Source: Alphaproteobacteria bacterium (GTDB taxonomy: Bacteria > Pseudomonadota > Alphaproteobacteria > UBA828). From it: 64,000 nucleotides of DNA. Shown here piece by piece: positions 48,479 to 57,991 of this stretch; position 1 is the first letter of the stretch, and each line of letters begins with the position of its first letter. The notes under the pieces are model-generated. The model was not told the DNA's origin. It searched no databases and saw nothing but the letters and a program-made list of their open reading frames with translations. The translations under genes were made by a program, and so were the position numbers. Location of the stretch: positions 1,163 through 65,162 of the forward strand of contig VGET01000002.1 in the NCBI GenBank assembly GCA_016869195.1. The letters run 5' to 3'.

Positions 48479-49477
48479 ATGGCGAGCCTTCAATTCGGCA
48501 TCACCCAGCTCAACGTCCTCCACAACGACCATGAGCCGGCGCCCGACGTCGACACGACGTTCCGCATGGTTAAGGCGGCGGGTGTCTTCGACTACCTCGA
48601 CAAGACCCCGCCTGATGACGATGTTCCCGCCTATCTGAAGGCCTCGGAGAAGTACGCGCTGCCGGTGCTCGCCGGTGGCTGGTTCTACGCCATTGGCAGA
48701 GATGAAACGCTGATCGAAAAGAACCTGCGGCTGGCCCAGGCACTTGGCAGCCGGGTGCACAATGTGCAGGTGCTGACCAACCACGCCGATGGCCACCCGG
48801 TGAGCGACCAGGAGGTCGCAGACTGGTATTTGCGCGCGCGCGATATCGGGTTGAGGCTCGGCGTCGAGCCATGCTTCGAGGTTCACGTCAATATGTGGTC
48901 GGAGGACTTCCGACGGGTTGAGCGCGTCGCTACATTAGTCGAGGCGCGCGGTCAGCCCTTCCGCATGACGCTCGATCACTCGCACGTCATCTTCAAGATC
49001 GACAACCCGAAGGAACAGGAGATCGGCGACATCCGTGCTGATGTCGAGGCGGGCCGGTTCGTGCTCGACCCGCGCAAGCCGGGCAATGTCACCGACCGCT
49101 GGATCGAGGCCGGCTATGTGTGCCACGCCCATGCACGCGCCGCCGTGCCCAACAATCCGAAGAACACGTTCTATCGCTATGACGACGGCCGGCCGGGACG
49201 GGGCATTCAATACCCGATTGCGCGCCCCAAGCCGGGCACCTGGTTCGACGCGTGGGACGAGAGCCTGCTCGAACCCTGGAAGGAGGTCGTGCGCCGCCTC
49301 TTCCGCTTCCACGCGACCTCGCCGAAGAGCTGCCTTGGGCAGATTTCGAGCGAGTTCATCAGCCGGCCGGACTATGGCTCCGGCTGTCGCTACTCGATGT
49401 TCGAGCAGGGCGTCGCCTGCGTCACCTGGTTGCGCGAGGCGTGGCGTCAGGCGCAGGCTGACAGCGCGCGCGCCTGA
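48479..49477 (+). CDS. Sugar phosphate isomerase/epimerase (xylose-isomerase-like TIM barrel) family protein
   Basis: 332 aa with a TIM-barrel-like pattern of conserved His/Glu/Asp (EVHVNMWSE, LDHSHVIFK). The assignment is moderate. Confidence 0.6.
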   Translation: MASLQFGITQLNVLHNDHEPAPDVDTTFRMVKAAGVFDYLDKTPPDDDVPAYLKASEKYALPVLAGGWFYAIGRDETLIEKNLRLAQALGSRVHNVQVLTNHADGHPVSDQEVADWYLRARDIGLRLGVEPCFEVHVNMWSEDFRRVERVATLVEARGQPFRMTLDHSHVIFKIDNPKEQEIGDIRADVEAGRFVLDPRKPGNVTDRWIEAGYVCHAHARAAVPNNPKNTFYRYDDGRPGRGIQYPIARPKPGTWFDAWDESLLEPWKEVVRRLFRFHATSPKSCLGQISSEFISRPDYGSGCRYSMFEQGVACVTWLREAWRQAQADSARA

Positions 49478-49486
49478 GCGATTGCC

Positions 49487-50791
49487 TCAGCCCCCGCCGG
49501 CGAGCGCCTTCGGCGGCTTGGTCTTGCGCGAGAAATCGGTCGATGGCGGCCGCCCGCCGAGCGTGAGCTTCGACTCAAGCTTCGCCGATTCCGCGATGAC
49601 CTTGCCGCGCCGGACAACGAAGAGCCGCGGCGGACGCAGCCGGATCGCCTCGCTCACCGAGCCCGCCTGCATCACCACAAGATCGCCATGGCATCCGACA
49701 TTGAGGCCATAGCCCTGAAGTCCGAGTGCGCGCGCCGCGTTCTCGGTAACTGCGTTGTAGCAGAGCGTCAGCTGATCGTGCCCCGCCATCTGACCTATGT
49801 GTGCGCCCATATAGGCTGCATCTAGCATATCGCCACCATTCAGCGGGCCCCAGGGGTCCATCGCCGAATCCTCGCCGAATGACACATTGACGCCGGCCGC
49901 CATTAGCTCCGGCACGCGCGTCATGCCGCGGCGCTTCGGATAGGTGTCGTGGCGGCCCATCAGAAGGAGGTTGGCGGTTGGGTTGGCGACCACGTGGATC
50001 TTCGCCTCGGCGATCAGTGGGATGAGCTTGCTCGCATAGTAATTGTCTATCGAGTGCATGGAGGTGAGATGCGAGCCCGTGACCCGGCCCTGCAGGCCGA
50101 GCCGCACGGTCTCGGCCGCGAGCTTCTCGATGTGGCGCGAATGTGGATCGTCCGTCTCATCGCAGTGTAAATCGACACGCAGGCCCCGTTTTGCCGCGAG
50201 CTCGCACAGCAGGCGCACCGATTCATCGCCCTCGGCCATGGTGCGTTCGAAATGCGGAATGCCGCCCACGACCTCCATGCCCATGTCGAGGGCCTTTGCA
50301 AGGTTGGCGACGCCCACCGGCGAGCGCAGATAGCCATCTTGCGGAAAGGCGACGAGCTGAAGGTCGACATAGTCCTGCACCTTCTTCCGGACCTCGACCA
50401 TCGCCTGCGCACCAATGAGCTGGGGGTCGCAGGTATCGACATGGCTCCTAATCGCGAGAAGCCCGCGGGCGACCGCCCAGTCGCAATATTCGAGTGCCCG
50501 ATCGACAAACCATTCATAGGTCAAATGCGGCTTCATCTCGCCCCATAGCTTGATGCCCTCGAGCAGCGTGCCGCTGCGGTTGTAGCGCGGGTAGCCGACC
50601 GAAAGCGTCGCATCCATGTGGAAATGCGCGTCGACGAAGGGCGGCGAGACGAGGCATCCCGTGGCGTCGATCTCGCGCGCGGCCGTGGCCTTGAGCGCCG
50701 GTTCTACGGCTGCGATGCGCCCGTCCTTGATGCCGATGTCGATGGCCTGACGGCCGTCGGGCAGATTTCCTCGCCTCACGATCAGATCCAT
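49487..50791 (-). CDS. Cytosine-deaminase-like metal-dependent amidohydrolase
   Basis: PPFVDAHFHMD metal-binding HxH, LHCDE, and C-terminal D. 434 aa, CodA/AtzB/TrzA-like. Confidence 0.8.
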   Translation of the reverse strand: MDLIVRRGNLPDGRQAIDIGIKDGRIAAVEPALKATAAREIDATGCLVSPPFVDAHFHMDATLSVGYPRYNRSGTLLEGIKLWGEMKPHLTYEWFVDRALEYCDWAVARGLLAIRSHVDTCDPQLIGAQAMVEVRKKVQDYVDLQLVAFPQDGYLRSPVGVANLAKALDMGMEVVGGIPHFERTMAEGDESVRLLCELAAKRGLRVDLHCDETDDPHSRHIEKLAAETVRLGLQGRVTGSHLTSMHSIDNYYASKLIPLIAEAKIHVVANPTANLLLMGRHDTYPKRRGMTRVPELMAAGVNVSFGEDSAMDPWGPLNGGDMLDAAYMGAHIGQMAGHDQLTLCYNAVTENAARALGLQGYGLNVGCHGDLVVMQAGSVSEAIRLRPPRLFVVRRGKVIAESAKLESKLTLGGRPPSTDFSRKTKPPKALAGGG

Positions 50792-50815
50792 GACGTTCCT
50801 CCCCCTCGTTGTGTT

Positions 50816-51775
50816 CTACTCAAAGACGACGCGCGGCAGATAGCAAGACACCACCCAATTGGGCTGATCGACGATTTCGCTGATCCGCAAGTCCGCGCAG
50901 ACGCTGCACAGCATATAGGCGTGCGCCGGGTCCATTGCGTGCGTACGCCCGAGCCAATCGATCATGCCGCGCACGGCGTTCTTGGACGCCTCCATAAGGT
51001 CGGGCCCGATGCCGGTGGTCACGTCATAGCCCTTGGCATCGAGGTGGCGGGTCACCGGCCCTGGCGTCTCGTAACGCGGAAAACGCAAGGCCTCGCCCTT
51101 CACAAGCTCGAGACGCGCGGTCACGCTCGCGATTGATTCGATCGCCGTGCCGCAGACCTCCCCGTCGCCCTGCGCGCAGTGCGGATCGCCGATCGAGAAC
51201 AGCGCACCCTTGACCTGTACCGGCAGATAGAGCGACACGCCGAACGTCAGATCGCGGATATCCATGTTGCCGCCGGTCGCATAGGGCGGGATGGTCGAGA
51301 AGCTGCCTTGTGCCGCCTGGGCCACGCCGACCGTGCCGCAAAACGGCTTCAAGGGCACGCGCGCGAAGCGGGAGAGCGCCGCGGGTTGCTTGAAGCTCGT
51401 GTCGTACGCCCAGATATTCAGCGAGGCCTCCAGGAAATCCTCGGCCAGCAGGCCGAAGCCCGGCACGATTCCGGTCCACGCCCAGCCGACGCCGGCGAAA
51501 TCGAGCAGGGTTACCTTCAGCGCGTCGCCGGGCTCGGCCCCATCGACATAGATCGGCCCGGCGACCGGGTTGACGCGCGCGAAGTCCAGCGTTGCGAGCG
51601 CCGCGGCGGTCGAGTCCTTGGTGAGCTGGCCGCACAGCGCATCGATGTCCTTGAACTCGACGACATCGCCGGGCGCCACGGTCATGGCGGGCGGGCGGGC
51701 ATTGTCCCAATTGAGGTGTTGATGCCGCGCATGGATCGTGTGATTGCGGCCCTTGGCAGCGCCGGTCTGGTTCAT
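50816..51775 (-). CDS. Acetamidase/formamidase (FmdA_AmdA) family protein
   Basis: The ATG at 51775 with GGGGGAGGGA RBS gives MNQTGAAKGRNHTIHARHQHLNWDNARPPAMTVAPGDVVEF, the family's N-terminal signature. The track start at 52129 would overlap the divergent neighbour by about 290 bp. Confidence 0.75.
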   Translation of the reverse strand: MNQTGAAKGRNHTIHARHQHLNWDNARPPAMTVAPGDVVEFKDIDALCGQLTKDSTAAALATLDFARVNPVAGPIYVDGAEPGDALKVTLLDFAGVGWAWTGIVPGFGLLAEDFLEASLNIWAYDTSFKQPAALSRFARVPLKPFCGTVGVAQAAQGSFSTIPPYATGGNMDIRDLTFGVSLYLPVQVKGALFSIGDPHCAQGDGEVCGTAIESIASVTARLELVKGEALRFPRYETPGPVTRHLDAKGYDVTTGIGPDLMEASKNAVRGMIDWLGRTHAMDPAHAYMLCSVCADLRISEIVDQPNWVVSCYLPRVVFE

Positions 51776-51838
51776 CCCGTCCCTCCCCCGAAACCCGATG
51801 ACCCGCGAGCCTAGCATCGGCCGCCGGCGGTTTGTAGG

Positions 51839-53188
51839 ATGCGAACCAGCCAAACCGAGGGCTCCATGCGACGCACACCCCGCCTCTTTCCGAATGAAGA
51901 TGCAACGAATGGCTGGAGCCGCATTCTGCCGCCGCGGGCCCCGAGCCCCGCGCTCAAGGGCGACATCAAGGCTGATTGGCTGGTGATCGGCGCCGGATTC
52001 GCGGGCCTTTCCGCCGCACGTCGCCTCGCGGAGAACCGCCCTGGCGAGCGTATCGTTCTGGTTGACGCGCACGAGGTCGGCGAAGGCGCGTCGGGGCGCA
52101 ATTCCGGCTTCGCGATCGACCTGCCGCACAATGTCGGCGGCGAATTTGGCGAGCTTTCAGGGTCGCAGCGCTATATGCGCCTCAGCCGCGCCGCCATCGC
52201 CTCGCTCGAAGAGATCGTCACGAAACGGGGCATCGCCTGCAACTGGCGCCGGGTCGGCAAGTACCACGCCTGCTCCGCGCTATTGGGGCGGCGCAAGGTG
52301 CTCGATCCCTTCGCGAAGGAGCTGGATGCGCTCGGCGAGCCCTATCGTTGGGTCGAAGGCGCCGCGCTCGCACGCGAGCTTGGCACCGCCTATTTCCACA
52401 GCGCGCTCCACACCCCGGGCTGCGTGCTGGTCAATCCGGCCGCCCTGGTGCGCGGGCTGGCGGCGAGCATGCCTCCCAATGTCACGCTCCATGAGCGCAC
52501 GCGCATCACCGCGCTGGAGGACGGCGCCACGGTCAAAGCGACGACCCCGGACGGGAACATCACGGCAAAGGGCGCGATCCTCGCCGTCAATGGCTGGGCG
52601 CGAAGCTTCGGCGTCTTCAAGGGACGGATCGTCACCCTCGCCGGCTATGGCAGTCTGAGCCGGCCCCTGACCGAAGATGAGCATCAGTCGATCGGCGCGG
52701 TGCAGGATTGGGGCCTGACCCCGGCCAACGCCTTTACCGGCGTCACCATGCGCTATACGCCGGACCGGCGCATTCTCGTGCGGCACCACTTCGCCTATGC
52801 GCCGCAATTCACGCGGCCGGCCGACGAACCAGCGCGCGTGCGGGCCGGCCACGAGCGCATCCTGCACGAGCGGTTCCCGACGCTGAAGTCGGTCAACATC
52901 GAGCACAGCTGGCGCGGCTTTCTCTGCTTCTCGCGCAACTCGGCGCCGGGGTTTGGCCGGGTCGGCTCGAACCTTTTTGCCGCTGTGTGTCAGAACGGCG
53001 TCGGGGTCACCAAGGGCACGATTGGCGGTCTATTGGCCGCTGACCTTGCGACCGGCTGCGACAATCCGCTGATCGCAGACATGGAGAGCCTTGGCACGCC
53101 GAATGCTCTGCCGCCCGGCCCCTTCCTCGATCTCAGCGTCCGGGCTCGGCTCGCGCTTGAGAACATTCGCTGGCGAGCCGAGCGATGA
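51839..53188 (+). CDS. FAD-dependent oxidoreductase (DAO / gamma-glutamylputrescine-oxidase-like)
   Basis: DWLVIGAGFAGLSAARRLAE dinucleotide-binding motif, 449 aa. ATG at 51866 is an alternative start. Confidence 0.8.
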   Translation: MRTSQTEGSMRRTPRLFPNEDATNGWSRILPPRAPSPALKGDIKADWLVIGAGFAGLSAARRLAENRPGERIVLVDAHEVGEGASGRNSGFAIDLPHNVGGEFGELSGSQRYMRLSRAAIASLEEIVTKRGIACNWRRVGKYHACSALLGRRKVLDPFAKELDALGEPYRWVEGAALARELGTAYFHSALHTPGCVLVNPAALVRGLAASMPPNVTLHERTRITALEDGATVKATTPDGNITAKGAILAVNGWARSFGVFKGRIVTLAGYGSLSRPLTEDEHQSIGAVQDWGLTPANAFTGVTMRYTPDRRILVRHHFAYAPQFTRPADEPARVRAGHERILHERFPTLKSVNIEHSWRGFLCFSRNSAPGFGRVGSNLFAAVCQNGVGVTKGTIGGLLAADLATGCDNPLIADMESLGTPNALPPGPFLDLSVRARLALENIRWRAER

Positions 53189-54240
53189 TGCGCTTGCCGG
53201 AGAGTGCCGCGGAGGCGCGCGAGCCTCAAACCCGCCTCACCATTGGTGACATCGTACCGCCGTTCAGCCTGCAGAAGCCGGATGGCGCCGCGTTCGAGAT
53301 TGGTGGCGACGAGGCCGCGGGACATTTCCGTGTGCTGGTCTTTACCGGTGCAGTGCAGCCGACGCAGGCGGTGAATGACGCACTGGGCCGGCGGCTGGCC
53401 GATATGCGCAAGCATGATGCCCTCGTCTTCCGCGTTCAGGCGCAACCCGAGGGGTCCGGCAGCACCAACATCCCGGTTCTGATCGATCAGGGTCGGCGCG
53501 TGGCCGAGGCCTTCCGCCCTGATGGCGCACCTATTGATGCACCGCTGATCGTCGCCCTGTGCCCCAATCAGCATCTGCTGGCGGTGGCGAGCGACGCCGG
53601 TCGCGAGCTCGACGCGCTGGTCTCTGCGATCGGGCGCGAGGCCCGGCACTATCGCGCATCAGAGGGCGAGCGCCACGCACCCATCCTGCAGATGCCGCGC
53701 GTGCTGAGCCCTGATGACTGCCGTTACCTCATCAACAAGTTCACGATCGAGGGCAACACCTTCATCGAGCCCGGTCACGGGAACCAGAATCTCACCCACG
53801 ACTACAAGATGAAGATTCCGGAATATGGCCGGAACGATCGCATCGATCATTGGGTGATGAACCCCGCGACCGTGCGCTTCATCGACGAGAGGCTCAAGCG
53901 ACGGCTCCTGCCCGAGGTGCGCAAGGCCTTCGCCTATCGCATCACCAAGCACGAGAATTATCGGATCACGAAATATGAAGGCGCGCGCGGCGGCGAGCTG
54001 CATGGCCACCGAGATGACAGCGAGCCGCGTGTCGCGCACCGCCGCTTCGCGCTCTCGATCAATCTCAACAGCGAGGAGTTCGAGGGCGGCGGCATCCGCT
54101 TCCCCGAATATGGCGGCCAGGTCTATCGGCCGGCGAGCGGCGCGGCGCTCCTATTCTCGTGCTCCATCCTCCACGAGGCGCTGCACGTGACCAAGGGGCG
54201 CCGCTTCGTCCTGCTCGGTTTCATGTTCGGCGAGACCTGA
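53185..54240 (+). CDS. Two-domain protein: Cys-less redoxin/AhpC-TSA-like N-terminal domain fused to a prolyl-4-hydroxylase-like Fe(II)/2OG oxygenase
   Basis: N-terminus IGDIVPPFSLQKPDGAAFEI...FRVLVFTGAVQPTQ, a peroxiredoxin fold with the peroxidatic Cys replaced. C-terminus HGHRDD...LHEALHVTKGRRF (HxD...H...R). ATGA overlap with the upstream gene. Confidence 0.65.
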   Translation: MMRLPESAAEAREPQTRLTIGDIVPPFSLQKPDGAAFEIGGDEAAGHFRVLVFTGAVQPTQAVNDALGRRLADMRKHDALVFRVQAQPEGSGSTNIPVLIDQGRRVAEAFRPDGAPIDAPLIVALCPNQHLLAVASDAGRELDALVSAIGREARHYRASEGERHAPILQMPRVLSPDDCRYLINKFTIEGNTFIEPGHGNQNLTHDYKMKIPEYGRNDRIDHWVMNPATVRFIDERLKRRLLPEVRKAFAYRITKHENYRITKYEGARGGELHGHRDDSEPRVAHRRFALSINLNSEEFEGGGIRFPEYGGQVYRPASGAALLFSCSILHEALHVTKGRRFVLLGFMFGET

Positions 54241-54252
54241 GGCTATGCCTCC

Positions 54253-54831
54253 CTATTTCAGCGCTTCCGCCTTCTCGATCACCACGTCCTCGACCGGCAC
54301 GTCGTCATAGCGCCCGACGCGGTGGGTCTCAGCCGCCTCGATCTTGCGCACCACGTCCATGCCCTCGACCACCATGCCGAACACGGCGTAACCCCATCCA
54401 TCGGGGCTCTTGCCCCTGTGGTTGAGGAACGCGTTGCTCGCGGTGTTGATGAAGAACTGGGCCGAGGCCGAGTGCGGATCGCTCGTGCGTGCCATGGCGA
54501 GCGTGCCGATCTCGTTCTTGAGTCCGTTGTCAGCCTCGTTCTTGACCGGGGCGTTGGTCGGCTTCTGCTCGAGGCCTGCCGCGAAGCCGCCGCCCTGGAT
54601 CATGAAGCCCTGGATCACTCGATGGAACACGGTCCCGGCATAGTGGCCGCTCGCAACATAGGCGAGGAAATTGTCCACGGTCTTCGGCGCCTTGTCCGCG
54701 TAGAGCTCGACGACGATCGCGCCATAATTGGTGGTGAGCTTGACGCGCGGATTGCCAGCGGCCGATGCTCCGTCGCTGACGGGGGCGAACAAGAGGCCGG
54801 CGGCCAGCGCCGCAATGAACGGTCGAACCAT
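54253..54831 (-). CDS. ppiA: Periplasmic cyclophilin-type peptidyl-prolyl cis-trans isomerase
   Basis: Signal peptide. [15 protein letters not shown] and other cyclophilin motifs. Confidence 0.9.
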   Translation of the reverse strand: MVRPFIAALAAGLLFAPVSDGASAAGNPRVKLTTNYGAIVVELYADKAPKTVDNFLAYVASGHYAGTVFHRVIQGFMIQGGGFAAGLEQKPTNAPVKNEADNGLKNEIGTLAMARTSDPHSASAQFFINTASNAFLNHRGKSPDGWGYAVFGMVVEGMDVVRKIEAAETHRVGRYDDVPVEDVVIEKAEALK

Positions 54832-54866
54832 GGGTCCTCCAAGGCGGTAGGGTTGATTGTGCCGAA

Positions 54867-56099
54867 CTAGGCCGGATGCGGTGATGTCAGCGGTGGCAAT
54901 GCGAACTCTGTGATGACGGCCTCGCCCTGACTGTACCTATCATGAAGTCGGCGTTGTTCCGAAGTCATTTGGCCGGCGCGCATGAACGAGCCGAGGCGAC
55001 GCGCATGGTCGACGATGAAGCGGCCGAATTGCAACCGCTCGTTCTCATAGGCTTGGAGCGCGCGGCCTAGATCGCCCGGATTAGTCCGGATCGCGCGCGT
55101 CAGCGCCATCGCATCGCCCGCCGCCTTGGTTACGCCCATGCCGCAATGGGGCCGCGCCACGAAGGCGGCATCGCCGATGAGCGCGACGCCCGGGGCGACG
55201 ATCTTCGATGATTCGAGATCGACGATCGGCTGGAAGAATGGCTGCTTCGTGCGCGCTGCCACCTCAGCGAACTCGGGCGACACCAAGCGCACCGCATCTC
55301 TGCGAAGTGCCGCGACATGCTCCGGCCGAATGAGCTGTGGCGGAATGCCGTCCGGATGGCGCTTGCCGCTCGTGTCGGTCAGCAGGTCCTGAAGCGCGCC
55401 ATCCTCCGCCGCTGGCCGATACCAGACCCAGTTGTAGCGCCGCTTGCCCGGCATCAGGCCATCCTCCGGCCCCGCGACCGGGTAGCCGAGAAACTGCTCG
55501 CCATTGAGCAGGCAGAAGGTCAGGTCGTGGAACAGCTCGGCATGGGCGCGGGTCGAGAATTCCGATTCCTCCATCATGCCGCGCCAGCCGACATAACCGG
55601 CGTAGCGTGGTTTGTCGTCGGGGAAGAGCTGCGCGCGGATCGTGGAGCGCACGCCGTCAGCCGCAATGACGAGTGAGGCGCTGGAGCTGGCGCCGTTGGC
55701 AAAGCGTACGCATGTAGTGTCCGTCCCGGGTTCGATCGCGATCACCTCATGGCCGCCCATGAACCGCTCTTTCGGAAACGCCTCGCGCAAGAGCCGGTGC
55801 AGATGGCCCCATGACGTGACGATCTGAGGTAGCGAGTACGCCGCCGTCACCTGCCCGCTCGGCGCGATGGCGCGTCGGCCTGGAATCCGAATTCCCAGGC
55901 TGTCATCGACCGTGACACCGCTCGCGCGCAGAGCGTCGTGCAGCTCGTCATGGGTGACGATGCCCGCACCACGGCCCGCCAATTCCTCGGGCACGCGCTC
56001 ATAGACCAGCACATCGCAATTCGCCCGATGCAGCATGTTGGCAGCGAACAGGCCGCCGAGCGAACCGCCCACGACGACAACTCGCAGCCGGTTCGTCAC
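54867..56099 (-). CDS. FAD-dependent aromatic-ring monooxygenase (salicylate/6-hydroxynicotinate hydroxylase-like)
   Basis: N-terminal [29 protein letters not shown] (GxGxxG), DG motif region, C-terminal GDAAF-like [16 protein letters not shown]. Confidence 0.8.
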   Translation of the reverse strand: MTNRLRVVVVGGSLGGLFAANMLHRANCDVLVYERVPEELAGRGAGIVTHDELHDALRASGVTVDDSLGIRIPGRRAIAPSGQVTAAYSLPQIVTSWGHLHRLLREAFPKERFMGGHEVIAIEPGTDTTCVRFANGASSSASLVIAADGVRSTIRAQLFPDDKPRYAGYVGWRGMMEESEFSTRAHAELFHDLTFCLLNGEQFLGYPVAGPEDGLMPGKRRYNWVWYRPAAEDGALQDLLTDTSGKRHPDGIPPQLIRPEHVAALRRDAVRLVSPEFAEVAARTKQPFFQPIVDLESSKIVAPGVALIGDAAFVARPHCGMGVTKAAGDAMALTRAIRTNPGDLGRALQAYENERLQFGRFIVDHARRLGSFMRAGQMTSEQRRLHDRYSQGEAVITEFALPPLTSPHPA

Positions 56100-56153
56100 C
56101 CTCTGAACGTCCCCATGAATCGCATCATCACCAATGCCTGACGGCGTCGCAGC

Positions 56154-56984
56154 CTATGCACCGGGTTTGTCGAGTGTGGCGAGATAGTCGGCAACGTCAA
56201 ATACCTCGTCGCGGAAGCCATAGTCATAGGTGCCGCGCTGCACCGATTCCCAGATCTCGTCATATTCGAGTGGGCTGACCGAGTAGTAGCGCAGTCGGTC
56301 GCCGGCGCGGAGCAGCACGCCGTCCTCCGGAAAGTCCTTGTTGCGCGGGATGGGCTCATACAGGTTCACGGCCAGCCGGCCGAGCAGCTGATATCCGCCC
56401 GGGCTCGCGACCGGATAGGGCCCGGTCGAGAAGCCGGCGAGCGCCAGGCATCGCGCCGGCGTATAGCTCCGCGGCACTTTGTACTTCGGTGCTGTGATCC
56501 ACTTCGAGGGGTCAAGCACGCGCGAGAAATAGCAACCCGGCGTAAAGCCGACGCAGACGATCCAGTAGTCGGACGCCGTGTGCGTTTCGATCACCTGTTC
56601 GATCGTCAGATTGTTGCAGCGCGCGATGAAATCGATGTTCTTTTCGACCTTGTAGCGCCGGGCGATTTCAGCGCTCCAGGGGTCGTCATACCAGACCGGC
56701 AGGCGAACATGGCGTGAGCGCAGCGACTTCGGGTCGCGTACATGTGGTAAGAGCGGCTTGATTGCGTTTTCAAGACGGCGATGTGAGGTACGGTCGAAGT
56801 CGAAGACAATCCCAAGCTCGCGCAATGATGGGATGAGCTCAATGACTCCATCGATCGCCTCGGCCTCAAGGGCCTCCTGCAGGGCGATGACGCGAAAGTT
56901 GAGCAGCAGGTTCGCCTCATCGCCGAACTCGACCGCGAGATAGCGGTCACCCAGCGGCCGGAATACGGGCTCGTCATAGATCAT
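56154..56984 (-). CDS. pxpB: 5-oxoprolinase subunit B (PxpB; KipI/allophanate hydrolase subunit 1 family)
   Basis: ATG at 56984 with AAGGAGA RBS gives MIYDEPVFRPLGDRYLAVEFGDEANLLLNFRV... It overlaps pxpC as ATGA. Confidence 0.8.
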   Translation of the reverse strand: MIYDEPVFRPLGDRYLAVEFGDEANLLLNFRVIALQEALEAEAIDGVIELIPSLRELGIVFDFDRTSHRRLENAIKPLLPHVRDPKSLRSRHVRLPVWYDDPWSAEIARRYKVEKNIDFIARCNNLTIEQVIETHTASDYWIVCVGFTPGCYFSRVLDPSKWITAPKYKVPRSYTPARCLALAGFSTGPYPVASPGGYQLLGRLAVNLYEPIPRNKDFPEDGVLLRAGDRLRYYSVSPLEYDEIWESVQRGTYDYGFRDEVFDVADYLATLDKPGA

Positions 56985-57991
56985 GACCGCATCTCCTTCG
57001 CGGCACGCTTGAGTGCGGCCCATTGCCGGCGCGCGATGTCGGCGGCGTCGGCCGCTTCGATCGCCCTGAATCTGAGGCTCGATCCGGGCGTCAGCTGGCC
57101 TATCTTGCCGAGATCGCTCGAAATCACGGTCGCGATCTTGGCGTAGCCGCCGGCCGTCGGATTCTCGACACCCATGACGATCGGCTCGATCCCACCCGGC
57201 ACCTGGATGCCGCCGACCGGAATCACGTCATCGACGATGTCGGCCGGCCCCGAGCCGGCGTCGCGCACAAGGTGGGCTGGCCGTTCGAACAGATCGAGCT
57301 TGGGACCGATCAGGCGCATCCCCATGCGGTCGGACACCGGCGAGAGCTTCCAGTCGACGGCGAGAAATGTCTCGATGCCCTTGGGCGTGAACATGAAGTC
57401 CTGGGGTCCAAGCACGACACGAATGGTGTTGGGTTCGTCGGGCCAGGGTGCCAGCGCGGATGGGAGCCGGCGGCCAGCCATTTTGGTGAGCGCCGCCGAT
57501 GCGCCGAGTTTTAGCCGATCGCCGGCCTTGAGCGCACGGCCTTCGAGACCGCCCTGGCTGCCCCGGATATAGGTGGCGCGGCTCTTCAGATAGAGCGGCA
57601 CGTCGATGCCGCCTGCGATAGCGAGGTAGCCGCGCGCGCCGCGCTTCACATAGCCGAAGGCCAGCACCTGACCGGCCCGAACCAGTACGGCCTCGAGCAT
57701 TGGCACCGGCTTACCATCGAGGGTCGGAGCCATGTCGGCGCCGGTGAGCGCGATCGCCGCGTCCGTCGTGAAGCGCAGGGTCGGGCCGCGCAGGAGCATC
57801 TCTAGACCGGCGTGGCCCGGCGGTTCCACCGAAAGCGGCGGCGGCGTCAGATCATTGCCGACCAGGAGATTGCCGAGCGCGAGCGCGTAATAGTCCTGCG
57901 CGCCGGCCGGCGGAATGCCGCGCGACAGATGACCGGGGCGGCCACCATCTTGGATCGTAGTCTGAATGCCACCCTGGATAACCTCAATCAT
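56981..57991 (-). CDS. pxpC: 5-oxoprolinase subunit C (PxpC; KipA/allophanate hydrolase subunit 2 family)
   Basis: MIEVIQGGIQTTIQDGGRPGHLSRGIPPAGAQD..., the canonical family N-terminus. 336 aa. Confidence 0.85.
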   Translation of the reverse strand: MIEVIQGGIQTTIQDGGRPGHLSRGIPPAGAQDYYALALGNLLVGNDLTPPPLSVEPPGHAGLEMLLRGPTLRFTTDAAIALTGADMAPTLDGKPVPMLEAVLVRAGQVLAFGYVKRGARGYLAIAGGIDVPLYLKSRATYIRGSQGGLEGRALKAGDRLKLGASAALTKMAGRRLPSALAPWPDEPNTIRVVLGPQDFMFTPKGIETFLAVDWKLSPVSDRMGMRLIGPKLDLFERPAHLVRDAGSGPADIVDDVIPVGGIQVPGGIEPIVMGVENPTAGGYAKIATVISSDLGKIGQLTPGSSLRFRAIEAADAADIARRQWAALKRAAKEMRS

